DNA of 64,000 bases from Thainema sp. (GTDB taxonomy: Bacteria > Cyanobacteriota > Cyanobacteriia > Phormidesmidales > Phormidesmidaceae), in assembly GCA_052168235.1 (NCBI GenBank), contig JBQLZK010000019.1, positions 1 to 64,000 on the forward strand, read 5' to 3'. Of the stretch, positions 20,307 through 30,381 are shown in pieces. Below the pieces are notes generated by a model. The model had not been told where the DNA came from. It saw nothing but the letters and a program-made list of their open reading frames with translations, and made no database searches. The stretch's first letter is position 1; each line of letters begins with the position of its first letter. The position numbers were made by a program, and so were the translations under genes.

Positions 20307-20884
20307 CGTAAATTTGCTGTTCTTCTATCGCGCTGTCCCCTGCTCCAGCGACCCTGTTGTAATCCAGTCAGCATAGCTGTTCCAGCACATCGTTCGAATG
20401 CGGGTTGATGATTGTTCTGAGACACGTAGCTGAGTTGAGTAAAGGCCGCTCTTAGGTTAGGTTCCTGCACAAAGCTCAGGAAACGGTCATACATTTGGTA
20501 GTCTGCAATCTCGGCCTCGACTCCCATCTGACAGGCCGCTTGAAGCGTGTCGGGAATCTCTACATTGCCTGCAAAGGTATCCTCCGGCACAGGGATTCCG
20601 TATTGAGCAAAGAGTGACTGCCAAAGCTGCACATGCCGATTTTCTGCCTGAACGATGTTGCTGAAGGGTCGTACCGAGCCAAACTTGTCAATCACAGCAC
20701 TATAAAAAGCACGGGCATGATATTCATCATTAATGGCGTCGATCATGGCCGATTGCGTTCTAGCGTCAAGATTAGTGCCACCCGCACCATAGGCAGAAAG
20801 CGCCGCAACGATCATCACTGCCACTCCAGCTCCAACGGATGCTAGATAAGGCCAGTATTTTTTTTGATGTTTTTGCTGTCTCAT
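20303..20884 (-). CDS. Ferritin-like domain protein (DUF2202-like) with N-terminal signal/TM
   Basis: DEYHARAFY...AENRH...EAEI...NNH diiron-type pattern. Confidence 0.7.
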   Translation of the reverse strand: MRQQKHQKKYWPYLASVGAGVAVMIVAALSAYGAGGTNLDARTQSAMIDAINDEYHARAFYSAVIDKFGSVRPFSNIVQAENRHVQLWQSLFAQYGIPVPEDTFAGNVEIPDTLQAACQMGVEAEIADYQMYDRFLSFVQEPNLRAAFTQLSYVSQNNHQPAFERCAGTAMLTGLQQGRWSRGQRDRRTANLR

Positions 20885-20910
20885 TGTTCTTCACGCAAAT
20901 TAATTTATAT

Positions 20911-20926
20911 ATAACTAAATAGTGAT
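20911..20926. promoter_or_regulatory. Island operator ATAAC-N6-GTGAT
   Basis: ATAACTAAATAGTGAT upstream of the ferritin/NMO operon. Confidence 0.65.
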
Positions 20927-20992
20927 AATACAAGTACTTGTGTAGGATGAGCACTGCTTACCACTCCCAATTAGATCTTTTTGTCATTCGCA

Positions 20993-21154
20993 GTAGGGCG
21001 GATTTTGTATATCGGTTCTAATTGAAAGCCTAAATTGAGTCGCTAAACCCGCCCCTACTAGACATTTTTGGAGTGATGTAGATTGGGTTGAGTTATAACG
21101 AAAATCAACAACTTTATTAGTTGTTGGGTTTCGCGTTGCTCAACCCAACCTACA
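20993..21154. repeat. Two adjacent GTAG-type REP elements
   Basis: GTAGGGCGG...CCGCCCCTAC and GTAGATTGGGTTGAG...CTCAACCCAACCTAC; the second matches 47612-47687. Confidence 0.75.
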
Positions 21155-21171
21155 ACCCACAACATTGAGAA

Positions 21172-22485
21172 CTAAGCATTCGCGGCCATATCTTTCACAT
21201 TTTTTGGGTGAGTTGATGACGCCTGTACCAAATCCACGCCAAATAGAGCCTTCAGCCCCAGTCGCTCGAACCAGGGTACAGCAACCCCCATTCGCATTTT
21301 GGTCATAAAGTACTGCTCAAACATGGTTTTGCCCCAAACAACCCATTTTCCCTGCACTGCATAGGCATAGCGCCGCTGATGCGTGACGGGATCTGGCAGA
21401 ACTGGAGCAGCGACATAAAGAATGCCTGTGTCTCCAAACTCCGCAAAGCAAATGGCTTCTAGAGTGGGTACTTTTAATGGTTCCGAAATAGCACCGAGTT
21501 CAACTGCAATGTTATGTGCGACGGCCATCCCCATTGCTTCCGTCATTTGTCCACTCTTCGGTAGCCCGATCGGGACACGCGGCTTATCCGGTTGCGCTAA
21601 CTGCACGCTGACCCCCAGTGCATAAATTTCTGGAAACGTGGGATGTTGCTGAGTCGGCAAAATTGGGATAAAGCCTTTTTCATCACCCAATCCAGGCGCG
21701 TTTTGAACAAACCGCACGCCTCGGAATGCAGGCAAAATCATGGCGTACTTTTGAGGAATACTGCGGCCATCATCCAGTGTGATAGCGGTGTCAGTCACTT
21801 TAGTAATTGCTGCATCCTCAATAATTTCAACATTCCGCTTACGCAACAGCGCTTCCGTCAGTTTTTGGGCATTTTTTACGCCACTAACACCTAAATGTCC
21901 CGCATACGGCTCTGGCGTCACCAGGGTGAGCGAAACCTTATTTCGCAGTTTCTTACGGCGCAAAATCCAGTCCACCATCAGCACAAACTCATAGGCTGGG
22001 CCAAAACATCCCGCTCCAGGGGCGGCACCAACTACCAGTGGGCCTGGATCATCTAGAAACCTTAACCAAGCGTCGCGAGCTTCCACCGCATGATCGGCAG
22101 AACAGATGGAATGGGTGTAACCGCCGTGTGGACCTAATCCGGGCACCTGATCAACGGCGAGACTGGGGCCTGTGGCAATTACTGCATAGTCATAGTCAAT
22201 CGTCTGACCCGTTTGCACGGTGATCCGCTTTTCTTGGGGATTCAGCGCCGTCACCTTACTATTAACTAAATGCAAGCCATGCTGCTCGGCTAGCGGCTGC
22301 AAATCTAACTGAAAATGATCCAGCGGATCAAGATCGAGCGCAACTCGCGCTAAACCAGGAATAAAAGTAAATTTAGGGTGTTCCGAGATTAACGTAACGG
22401 TATGCTCAGCGGGCAGCAAATGCCGTAACTCATAAGCTGTCGGCAAGCCTCCTAATCCGGCTCCAATCACTACTACGTTTGCCAT
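21172..22485 (-). CDS. sqr: Sulfide:quinone oxidoreductase (type I-like)
   Basis: GAGLGG FAD motif; conserved cysteines in HSIC, GCFGPAYEF and AICFAEFG; PKSGQMTEAM; TPEPYAGHLG. Confidence 0.88.
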   Translation of the reverse strand: MANVVVIGAGLGGLPTAYELRHLLPAEHTVTLISEHPKFTFIPGLARVALDLDPLDHFQLDLQPLAEQHGLHLVNSKVTALNPQEKRITVQTGQTIDYDYAVIATGPSLAVDQVPGLGPHGGYTHSICSADHAVEARDAWLRFLDDPGPLVVGAAPGAGCFGPAYEFVLMVDWILRRKKLRNKVSLTLVTPEPYAGHLGVSGVKNAQKLTEALLRKRNVEIIEDAAITKVTDTAITLDDGRSIPQKYAMILPAFRGVRFVQNAPGLGDEKGFIPILPTQQHPTFPEIYALGVSVQLAQPDKPRVPIGLPKSGQMTEAMGMAVAHNIAVELGAISEPLKVPTLEAICFAEFGDTGILYVAAPVLPDPVTHQRRYAYAVQGKWVVWGKTMFEQYFMTKMRMGVAVPWFERLGLKALFGVDLVQASSTHPKNVKDMAANA

Positions 22486-22631
22486 TTCTTATAACCTCAA
22501 TCAATAAGTTCTTAAGTCACGTCTTGCCTAATCCGGCTGTGCAGACAAACCCCCTAGACACCCATCCTGAAACACTGAAAGCAGCTTATGTGAGTCATTA
22601 AAATTGCTAATTAATTGCGTATTTAAAGTAT

Positions 22632-22647
22632 ATAACCATATAGTGAT
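22632..22647. promoter_or_regulatory. Island operator upstream of sqr
   Basis: ATAACCATATAGTGAT; on the minus strand it lies 5 nt after a -35-like TTGAAC. Confidence 0.65.
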
Positions 22648-22901
22648 GAAAAGTTCAAGTTAATTTTTGATGAGGGGAAAGGGATAAGGTGCTGAGTGCT
22701 AGGTAGCAGGTGTTAGGTATGAGATGGCAAGTGGTAAAGGAGACCCAATACCTAATACCTGTATCTCCTAACGTTTTTACACACTACAACATGCTAAAGA
22801 AAACAAGGGGATACCGATACTCAGTGATATCGATTCCCCTATGGCGTGATGAAGTAAGAATGAACCTTGACGCTGTACTAGTTGGAATACAAGTTGAAAG
22901 A

Positions 22902-23999
22902 CTAGCTGTGAAGTGCGATCGCAGGTGCGACCATGCTGATAGGCGTAATATCCCCACTGGCTAATACTTCCGGAAAATTGTGAGCATTGGGCGCGTGCAT
23001 GACCTGAATGCCCAAGGTGGCTCGGTTGAGAATATCCGCGTTTGTTCGAATCACGGAGCCTTGGCTGTCCAAAATAGAGTGGTTAAAGTTGAAGCCATTC
23101 AGGTTGAAGGCCATCACGCCGACACCTAGAGCAGCGCACCAGATGCCAATCGTTGGCAACGCGACGAGCAGGAAGTGAACGCTGCGGCTGTTGCGGAACG
23201 CGAGTGAGGGAATCAGTAACCGCCCCAAATAGCCGACATGACCGGCAATTAGGTTATAGGTTGCTTCTTGCTGACCGAACCGATAACCCGCATTGGCCGA
23301 TTCCAAATCAGAGGTTTCTCGCACTAGGCTAGCGGTAACTAACGAGCCATGCATGGCGCTCAACAGCGCGCCACCAAAGACGCCTGCCACCCCAATCATG
23401 TGCAGTGGATGCATCAAAATATTGTGAGCAGCTTGGAAAGCAAACATGAAGTGGAACGTGCCCGCAATTCCGAGCGGTAAACCTTCTGAAAAGCTACCTT
23501 GACCAATGGGATAAACCAACAGAACCGCTGTGGCCGCTGCCACCGGAGCCGAAAATGCGATCGCAATCCAGGGACGCATCCCCAGCCGATAGCTCAACTC
23601 CCACTGACGACCCATGTAAGCGAAAATGCCAATCAAAAAGTGCAGCACAATTAGCTGATAGGGGCCGCCATTGTAGAGCCACTCAGCGATTGAGGACGCT
23701 GCCCAGATGGGATAAAAGTGCAAGCCAATTGCCGCAGAGGTGGGAATCACGGCAGCCGTGATTAGATTATTGCCGCTGATCAGCGACCCAAACACTGGCT
23801 CCCGAATCCCTTCCATATCCACAGGTGGAGCGGCAATGAAGGCCAACGCAAAAACAGTTGTGGCTACTAGTAACGTTGGAATCATGAGGACACCAAACCA
23901 ACCGATGTATAACCGATTGTCAGTACTGGTAATCCAGCGACAAAAATCAGCCCATAGATCAAAATCAATGGCCGGTCGTTTTTTGAGTGCAATAGCCAT
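22902..23999 (-). CDS. psbA: Photosystem II D1, rogue (group 2) form lacking Mn4CaO5 ligands
   Basis: D1 fold with D61E, D170E, E189A, E333A, R334P, D342V; Y161, H190, H198, H215, H272, H332, H337 retained; altered QB loop. Confidence 0.9.
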   Translation of the reverse strand: MAIALKKRPAIDFDLWADFCRWITSTDNRLYIGWFGVLMIPTLLVATTVFALAFIAAPPVDMEGIREPVFGSLISGNNLITAAVIPTSAAIGLHFYPIWAASSIAEWLYNGGPYQLIVLHFLIGIFAYMGRQWELSYRLGMRPWIAIAFSAPVAAATAVLLVYPIGQGSFSEGLPLGIAGTFHFMFAFQAAHNILMHPLHMIGVAGVFGGALLSAMHGSLVTASLVRETSDLESANAGYRFGQQEATYNLIAGHVGYLGRLLIPSLAFRNSRSVHFLLVALPTIGIWCAALGVGVMAFNLNGFNFNHSILDSQGSVIRTNADILNRATLGIQVMHAPNAHNFPEVLASGDITPISMVAPAIALHS

Positions 24000-24288
24000 A
24001 TATAGCCTCCTTAAATGAGGAGAAAATCGACGGTTTATAAGATGAAGAGAAAATGATGTCTCTTAACAAACCGACGATCGATTGCGAGTTGAAGCTTGGA
24101 TAGTTAAGTTGATGAATGAAACAACTCAATCAGCAAGCTGTTCAATCAACTGACCTGTCAACTAGACGAGTCCGACAAATTTTGCCGTTAGAAAAATATA
24201 GAAAAACGTCGCCGTACGCCGGGCCAACAGCCTAGAAAACGTTAGCGGTCAGTCCTGAGTGAATTATAGAACCGCTTTTTAAAGCTAA

Positions 24289-24304
24289 ATGACTATTTAA
24301 TTAT
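24289..24304. promoter_or_regulatory. Island operator variant in the psbA/DUF2892 divergent region
   Basis: ATGACTATTTAATTAT (reverse complement ATAATTAAATAGTCAT). Confidence 0.45.
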
Positions 24305-24576
24305 TTTTAGAGATTTTGTCTTGACAAATAGCAATGATCAACAACAGCAAGATAGAATTTTTTTATAAAAGCGACTGAAATTTGCTTCGGCAGTCGTTGG
24401 CGCTACACAACAGCAGTCAGCAGCAGTTTTATCCTAAAAATTCATTCTGGATAGGCGCTTAAGCCGATATCCAACACTGGTTACGCTTTTAAATGGCGAT
24501 TAAATAATAAAACCTTTTTAATACCCATATAGCAACAGTTGCGACGATCGCGACTCGACTGAGATCGCAAATCTGC

Positions 24577-24606
24577 TTTACAACTCTATAACCAACAAGC
24601 TATATT
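24577..24606 (+). promoter_or_regulatory. Sigma70-like promoter overlapped by the island operator
   Basis: TTTACA-18nt-TATATT, with ATAACCAACAAGCTAT at 24588-24603. Confidence 0.6.
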
Positions 24607-24705
24607 AAGGAGCGTAACGAAAATATTGCCACCTCTCCTTAAGTCACAGCTTCAATGACGGCTAGAGTTTTGGCGATTGATCCACTCATCTCGGAGATGA
24701 TACTT

Positions 24706-24918
24706 ATGAAAACAAATGTAGGCTCAATTGATCGGCTCATTCGTCTCTTATTAGCATCTGTACTGCTGTATTTTGGTCTGTTAATTCACGGCGGTACAGC
24801 ATTGGGAATTGGCCTTACTCTTGCAGGCAGCATTTCATTTATGACGGGTCTAATTGGCTTTTGTGGTCTTTACAAGCTTTTGGGGATTTGCACCAAGCAG
24901 CCCAATGAACAGCTCTAA
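24706..24918 (+). CDS. DUF2892 (YgaP-like) membrane protein
   Basis: NVGSIDRLIR...TGLIGFCGLYKLLGICT; RBS GGAG upstream. Confidence 0.85.
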   Translation: MKTNVGSIDRLIRLLLASVLLYFGLLIHGGTALGIGLTLAGSISFMTGLIGFCGLYKLLGICTKQPNEQL

Positions 24919-24951
24919 AACATTACTCAGCTTATTCTTGAGAACTTAATC

Positions 24952-25380
24952 ATGACTTATCACTTCAGCAAAGTGGTTGATGCGTCCTTCGAAGATGCGA
25001 TCGCACAAGTAACCGAATCCCTTAAACAAGACGGTTTTGGCATTTTAACGGAAATCGACGTCCAGGCTGCCTTTCAGAAAAAGCTAGGAGCCTCATTTCG
25101 ACAGTACAAGATTCTAGGAGCCTGTCATCCTCAGATTGCCTATCAAATCCTGCAAACCGATGATAAAGCGGGAGTCATGTATCCCTGTAACGTGGTGGTA
25201 CAGGAGCATGAAGACGGCAGAGTGGAAGTTTCGGCGGTTGATCCGTTGATCATGTTTTTAATGGTGCATAATCCCCGCGTTAAAGAAATCGCGCTGGATG
25301 CTAGTGAAAAGATGCAGCGCGTCATCGAGCGTCTCCCTGCCGCCAACCGACTGGCCCAGCAAGCCGAATACGCCATTTGA
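24952..25380 (+). CDS. DUF302 domain protein
   Basis: GFGILTEIDV, YKILGACHP, YPCNVVV, VSAVDP. Confidence 0.88.
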   Translation: MTYHFSKVVDASFEDAIAQVTESLKQDGFGILTEIDVQAAFQKKLGASFRQYKILGACHPQIAYQILQTDDKAGVMYPCNVVVQEHEDGRVEVSAVDPLIMFLMVHNPRVKEIALDASEKMQRVIERLPAANRLAQQAEYAI

Positions 25381-25396
25381 GTGGAGGTGAGTAACG

Positions 25397-25945
25397 ATGA
25401 GCAATAGTATGGACAACAGTTTGCCATTAGACAGCCCGTCCCTATCTCGGCGGCAACTGCTCAACTTCTTGACCGGGGCAACCGTTGCAGCCACCGCTGG
25501 CTCTGCTCTCTACGCAATGGGCAAGGTGTTTGTACCACCTGCCGAACCGACGGGAGCTGGAGGCGCAATTATCGCCAAAGATATTCTGGGTAAACCGATT
25601 CCGGCAAGTCAAATTTTGGCCGAACCACCCGGCACCCGCGCCTTAGTCGCAGGGCTAGCGGGTGAGCCGACATATCTTACGGTTCAAGCAGACAGCACCC
25701 TCGATCGCATGGGGCTAGTCGATAACTGTACCCATCTCGGCTGTACCTTCCCCTGGAACGAAACCGATCAGCAGTTTCAGTGCCCCTGCCACGGTTCTCG
25801 CTATGCGCCGGATGGCTCAGTTATTCGAGGGCCAGCTCCCCTACCTTTGAAGCTGGTTCAGGTGGCCGTTGTTGATAACACCATCTTGATTTCGCCGTGG
25901 ACTAAGACTGATCCTCGAACTGGCGAACAACCGTGGTGGGTTTAG
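25397..25945 (+). CDS. petC: Cytochrome b6f Rieske iron-sulfur subunit (alternative, PetC2-like)
   Basis: Tat SRRQLL, CTHLGC and CPCHGS, C-terminal DPRTGEQPWW; not adjacent to petA. Confidence 0.92.
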   Translation: MSNSMDNSLPLDSPSLSRRQLLNFLTGATVAATAGSALYAMGKVFVPPAEPTGAGGAIIAKDILGKPIPASQILAEPPGTRALVAGLAGEPTYLTVQADSTLDRMGLVDNCTHLGCTFPWNETDQQFQCPCHGSRYAPDGSVIRGPAPLPLKLVQVAVVDNTILISPWTKTDPRTGEQPWWV

Positions 25946-26074
25946 CTAGTACTTGAAGCAATCAGAGCATGTACTTAGGTTAAGTATATATGCTGATGCC
26001 AATCTAAAAACCTATCATTAACTTGTCCAGTTTTGCCGATCTCCACAACAGGCTAGCTGATCGTTCTACAACTA

Positions 26075-26175
26075 ATATCCAGTCTGTGTATAAGAACCCT
26101 ACTTATTTTTGTGAAACGTTTGCGAAGCAAATGTTTCACAAAAATAAATTATGGGTTTTCAACCAGACTTGATGT
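26075..26175. repeat. Palindromic element, family A
   Basis: ATATCCAGTCT...TTATTTTTGTGAAACGTTTGC-gaa-GCAAATGTTTCACAAAAATAA...AGACTTGATGT. Confidence 0.85.
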
Positions 26176-26221
26176 AACTCGCTTCACGTTCACTCAATTC
26201 CTCCACACCATAGGAGTCTGT

Positions 26222-26620
26222 ATGAAAATTGCTGTATCCAGTCAAGACCAAACTCATGTAACGGCTCACTTGAGGCACTGCCAAAAGTTTTGGATCTACG
26301 ATGTAGACGCTGACACGATTCAAAACAAACAGCTGCTACAACTGGCGAAAAGCCAAAGCTTCCACGAAAGTTCTCCCAAAACATCTCACCCCTTAGACAC
26401 GGTTCAGGTACTCATCAGCGGCAGTATGGGTCGAGGCTTAGCCCGTCGGCTGGACGCTAAAGGAATTCAGCCACTGGTGACATCTGAAACAGATCCAGAC
26501 GCTGCGATCGCAGCTTATCTGACCGGATCTTTGGCTGTCGGTTCTCCAGAAGAACATAATCATGCTCACGATCACGCAGAAGGCGATCACGCAGGCAAAT
26601 GTGGCTGTCATCACGAGTAA
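26222..26620 (+). CDS. NifB/NifX-family cofactor-binding protein with His/Cys-rich tail
   Basis: MKIAVSS, HLRHC, ISGSMGRGL; RBS AGGAG; tail HNHAHDHAEGDHAGKCGCHHE. Confidence 0.8.
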   Translation: MKIAVSSQDQTHVTAHLRHCQKFWIYDVDADTIQNKQLLQLAKSQSFHESSPKTSHPLDTVQVLISGSMGRGLARRLDAKGIQPLVTSETDPDAAIAAYLTGSLAVGSPEEHNHAHDHAEGDHAGKCGCHHE

Positions 26621-26864
26621 GCCATATCCGGTTTGTAATCTGTTGATTGATCAACCATTTGTAGCGGTTGACAAGCGTATTACGTGTAGCCGCATTACAT
26701 ACAAAAACTGTTACGTACGAAAACAGTTATGTGGAGCGCTGCGTGCCTTATATAACCGTATTTGACCAACGCGCATAGCGCTATAGTTCGTGGTGAAATG
26801 GGTATTTTGCCGCCGCGTTGCGGCGCGAAATACCCTCTTCGTGTTTTAGTAAAAAGGAAAGCAA

Positions 26865-27326
26865 ATGTGGGGTAGCGCAATCACTGCCTATTTACATTAC
26901 TTAGGTTTCATGTTGGCGTTTGGAGCGTTAGTCATTGAAAATCAAACGCTGAAGAAAGATCTTAATCTTGCAGACGCTTGGCGCGTACTAACGGCAGACG
27001 CAATTTATGGATTGTCAGCGACGGTCATCTTAATTACGGGAATTTTGAGAGTCCTTTATTTTGGTAAAGGAACGGAATATTATCTCAACAGTCCGGTTTT
27101 TTATATCAAAGTTGGTCTGTTTATTATCGTTAGTTTGCTATCGATTTATCCTACCTTTTCGTTTCTGTCTTGGGTCAAGGATTTACGTAACGGCAAATGT
27201 CCCAGCCTTGAGCTGCCACAAGTGCAGCGGCTGAATTGGCTGATTCGAGGAGAACTGATCGGGCTGGCGCTCATTCCTCTATTTGCAGCGCTTTTGGCCA
27301 GAGGCATTCAGCTATGGAACGTGTAA
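26865..27326 (+). CDS. DUF2214 family membrane protein
   Basis: AYLHYL, D-x-x-YG, TGILR, KG-x-x-YY, SIYPT, LLARG. Confidence 0.8.
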   Translation: MWGSAITAYLHYLGFMLAFGALVIENQTLKKDLNLADAWRVLTADAIYGLSATVILITGILRVLYFGKGTEYYLNSPVFYIKVGLFIIVSLLSIYPTFSFLSWVKDLRNGKCPSLELPQVQRLNWLIRGELIGLALIPLFAALLARGIQLWNV

Positions 27327-27435
27327 AGTCTTTCAATCACGAATAGGATTCAGACCAGGATGTTTTGCTGTGCCGATGCAGTTTGTACAGCGAAACATCC
27401 TCTTTTTTAGTGCTCTCTTTAGAAACTCATAAATC

Positions 27436-28674
27436 ATGGTTGACTACGATGTCCTGATAGTCGGCGGCGGCATGGTTGGCATGTCCTTAGCCGCTGCTTT
27501 GAGAACCACATCACTGCGGGTCGGCATCATTGAACGCACCGACCCACAGTTATCACAAAACGACAGCCGAGCAAGTGCGATCGCACTTGGCTCAGCCTAT
27601 ATCCTGGATCAGATTGGAGCTTGGCAAACGATGCAAACCCTGGGAGTCTCTCCCATCCATCAAGTTGTCATATCGGATGAAGGGTTTCCCCTAACGACCA
27701 CCTTGCGCCGAGAAGATCTAGACGTTCCGGCACTGGGATACGTTGTGGAAAATCAGGTGACAACAACAGCATTAACTGAGGTTGTTATGGCTGCTCCCCA
27801 GGTGCAGTGGTTACGTCCTGCCAAGGTAACAGAAATCACCGCTCAGCCCAGTCATCTGCAAGTCACCTTGGAGCATCAGGATAAGGTGCAGCAGGTTTCT
27901 GCTTATCTGGTGGTTGGTGCAGATGGTCGCCAATCCTGGGTGCGGCATTGGGCTAATATTCCCGTTTCCAAGCGGAACTACCCGCAAGCGCTCATTGTCT
28001 GCACCATCACCACTGAACTGCCGCATTACCAAACGGGATATGAGCGGTTTCATCGTAGCGGGCCGTTTGCCATTCTGCCGATGATTGCGCCTAATGGCTC
28101 ACCCAACATCCATCGCAGTTGTGTCGTTTGGACAGCCCAAGCCCAGCAGCGCGATCGCTTACTGGCTCTAGATGATGCAGCGTTTATTGAAGCAATGGCT
28201 CCTCGAATCAGTCCTGATTTAGGACAGGTGCTATCGGTTTCTGCACGGGCTTGCTACAGCCCTCGTTATCAGCACAGCCGGAACTACCAGGCTCACCGAC
28301 TGGCACTCGTCGGAGATGCCGCCCATGCCACTCATCCCGTGGGTGGGCAGGGGCTAAATATGGGCTTACGGGATGTCGCTGTCTTAGCCTCTTTGCTAAC
28401 TCGGGCACAGACTCTCGGCCTTGATCCAGGACACGCCGATCTCCTCCAGCAGTATCAGCGCCAGCGTCAGCCAGATAACGCAACAGTTCTATTTGGCACC
28501 GATCTAGCTAATCGCTTGTTTTCTAATAGCTGGCTACCACTACAGTTGATGCGTCGGCTGGGCCTGTTTGGGATCGAACATGTTTCACCACTCAAGCGCG
28601 AACTCGTTCGATACGCAATGGGTCTAGCCACCAATCAACCCCAATTTAGCTCAAACCCTACTGTGAGGAAGTAA
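27436..28674 (+). CDS. UbiH/UbiF/VisC-family FAD-dependent hydroxylase
   Basis: GGGMVG, GADGRQSWVR, GPFAILP, GDAAHATHPVGGQGLNMGLRD. Confidence 0.9.
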   Translation: MVDYDVLIVGGGMVGMSLAAALRTTSLRVGIIERTDPQLSQNDSRASAIALGSAYILDQIGAWQTMQTLGVSPIHQVVISDEGFPLTTTLRREDLDVPALGYVVENQVTTTALTEVVMAAPQVQWLRPAKVTEITAQPSHLQVTLEHQDKVQQVSAYLVVGADGRQSWVRHWANIPVSKRNYPQALIVCTITTELPHYQTGYERFHRSGPFAILPMIAPNGSPNIHRSCVVWTAQAQQRDRLLALDDAAFIEAMAPRISPDLGQVLSVSARACYSPRYQHSRNYQAHRLALVGDAAHATHPVGGQGLNMGLRDVAVLASLLTRAQTLGLDPGHADLLQQYQRQRQPDNATVLFGTDLANRLFSNSWLPLQLMRRLGLFGIEHVSPLKRELVRYAMGLATNQPQFSSNPTVRK

Positions 28675-28710
28675 AACGTGAGACGTGAGGCATAAAGACT
28701 GTAAAAACTC

Positions 28711-28808
28711 ATTACCCAACACCTGACACCAATACTTAACACCCAAAAACTAGCACCTGGCATCCAACACTCAACACCTAGCACCTAACACCCAAAACCC
28801 AACTCCCC
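28711..28808. repeat. STRR-like degenerate heptamer tract
   Basis: Repeated (C/T)AACAC(C/T)-like 7-mers; similar tracts at 17017-17052, 22682-22765 and 31006-31029. Confidence 0.6.
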
Positions 28809-28814
28809 ATTACT

Positions 28815-28855
28815 AAAAAAACTGAGGAAGCGACTCTCCAAAACGCTTCCTCAGT
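28815..28855 (-). terminator. Rho-independent terminator of psbA (D1')
   Basis: ACTGAGGAAGCG...CGCTTCCTCAGT stem preceded by an A-tract (U-tract on the minus strand). Confidence 0.7.
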
Positions 28856-28908
28856 GTCAGGTTTCAGTTGAAATACACCTTAGTTAGGACCCGTTAGTTT
28901 CACTCGGC

Positions 28909-29991
28909 TTAACCTGCGATCGCAGGTGCAACCAGTGCAATTGGCTGAATATCACTAGCTGCCAGATCCAGCGGGAAGTTGTGCGCGTTACGCTCGTGGA
29001 TCACCTCAATCCCCATGTTGGCTCGATTGAGAACGTCGGCCCAAGTTGCAATCGGGCGGCCCTGAGCATCCAGCACAGAATCATTGAAGTTAAAGCCATT
29101 CAGGTTGAATGACATAGTGCTGATGCCGAGCGAGGCAAACCAAATACCAATTACCGGCCAAGCCGCGAGGAAGAAGTGCAGCGATCGCGAGTTGTTGAAC
29201 GAGGCATATTGGAAGATCAGCCGACCAAAGTAGCCGTGAGCGGCCACAATGTTATAGGTTTCTTCTTCTTGACCGAACCGATAGCCGTAGTTGAGCGACT
29301 CTGTTTCAGTCGTTTCCCGCACCAAGCTGGAGGTAACCAGTGAACCGTGCATAGCGCTGAAGAGTGCGCCACCGAAGACCCCAGCCACACCTAGCATATG
29401 GAACGGATGCATCAGCACATTATGCTCAGCCGTGAACACAATCATGAAGTTGAAGGTGCCGGAAATGCCGAGCATCAGGCCATCAGAGAAGCTACCTTGA
29501 CCAATCGGATAGATCAGTAAAACAGCCGTTGCGGCAGAAGCCGGAGCAGAGAATGCAACCGGAATCCAAGGCCGCATACCCAGACGATAGCTGAGTTCCC
29601 ACTGACGCCCCATGTAAGCATAGACGGCAATCAAAAAGTGGAAAATGATCATCTGGTAGGGGCCACCGTTGTAGAGCCACTCATCCAGCGTCGCCGCTTC
29701 CCAGATGGGATAAAAATGGAGTCCAATGGCGTTGGACGTGGGAACGACGGTCGCTGTAATGATGTTGTTGCCATACAGCAGTGAACCGCTGACGGGTTCG
29801 CGGATGCCGTCAATATCGACGGGAGGTGCTGCAATAAATGCCAAGACAAAGACAATGAGAGCCGTGAGAGCAGTCGGGATAAGTAGAACACCAAACCAAC
29901 CAACGTAGAGCCGATTTTCTGTGCTGGTAACCCAACTACAGAACCGCTCCCACACATTAGCGCGATCGCGCTGTTGTAGAGATGTAGTCAT
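28909..29991 (-). CDS. psbA: Photosystem II D1' (microaerobic, group 3)
   Basis: All Mn ligands present (D170, E189, H332, E333, D342, A344); diagnostic G80A, F158L, T286A, plus P173M. Confidence 0.92.
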   Translation of the reverse strand: MTTSLQQRDRANVWERFCSWVTSTENRLYVGWFGVLLIPTALTALIVFVLAFIAAPPVDIDGIREPVSGSLLYGNNIITATVVPTSNAIGLHFYPIWEAATLDEWLYNGGPYQMIIFHFLIAVYAYMGRQWELSYRLGMRPWIPVAFSAPASAATAVLLIYPIGQGSFSDGLMLGISGTFNFMIVFTAEHNVLMHPFHMLGVAGVFGGALFSAMHGSLVTSSLVRETTETESLNYGYRFGQEEETYNIVAAHGYFGRLIFQYASFNNSRSLHFFLAAWPVIGIWFASLGISTMSFNLNGFNFNDSVLDAQGRPIATWADVLNRANMGIEVIHERNAHNFPLDLAASDIQPIALVAPAIAG

Positions 29992-30060
29992 AGTTCAATG
30001 AATGAAAATATAGGAAACGTATGAAGTGAAATCGGCAGGAAAAGCCTGTCCTCATATTTA

Positions 30061-30087
30061 ATAACTAAATAGTTATTTAATTGTCAA
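30061..30087 (-). promoter_or_regulatory. D1' promoter: TTGACA followed by a perfect island operator
   Basis: Minus strand TTGACA-attaa-ATAACTATTTAGTTAT. Confidence 0.7.
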
Positions 30088-30284
30088 GCCCATTGGTGGA
30101 ATTTTTTGTTTTTGCATCCGGTTACGGATGATTTGCAATAACGAACAGATTTGAGGAGCTACTTAGGCCGATCTACTTTGTTTTCCTATTTCAGCAGCTC
30201 CGCATTTTACCCGTTTTACGTCCTGTAACAAAATATAAATACAAATATTCGACAAAGCAGTCATATAGCTATATAAAGATATTA

Positions 30285-30300
30285 ATCGCTTCATGGTTAT
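30285..30300. promoter_or_regulatory. Island operator upstream of the Tll0287-like gene
   Basis: ATCGCTTCATGGTTAT; weaker copy GCAGTCATATAGCTAT at 30257-30272. Confidence 0.5.
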
Positions 30301-30381
30301 AGATTAGCGATCTGGGTTCGCCCTGCGTTGGCTGATTGCTCTAGATCGCTCGATATGTTCACCCCTTCATCGACTGAACTC

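Noticed and set aside
22902..23999. Chlorophyll f synthase (ChlF) / FaRLiP cluster
   Set aside because: No far-red psa/psb/apc/rfp genes nearby and no long N-terminal extension; residue pattern and context fit rogue D1 (phylogeny would be decisive)
26222..26620. Nitrogen fixation cluster
   Set aside because: Only a NifX-like domain; no nifHDK/ENB in the window
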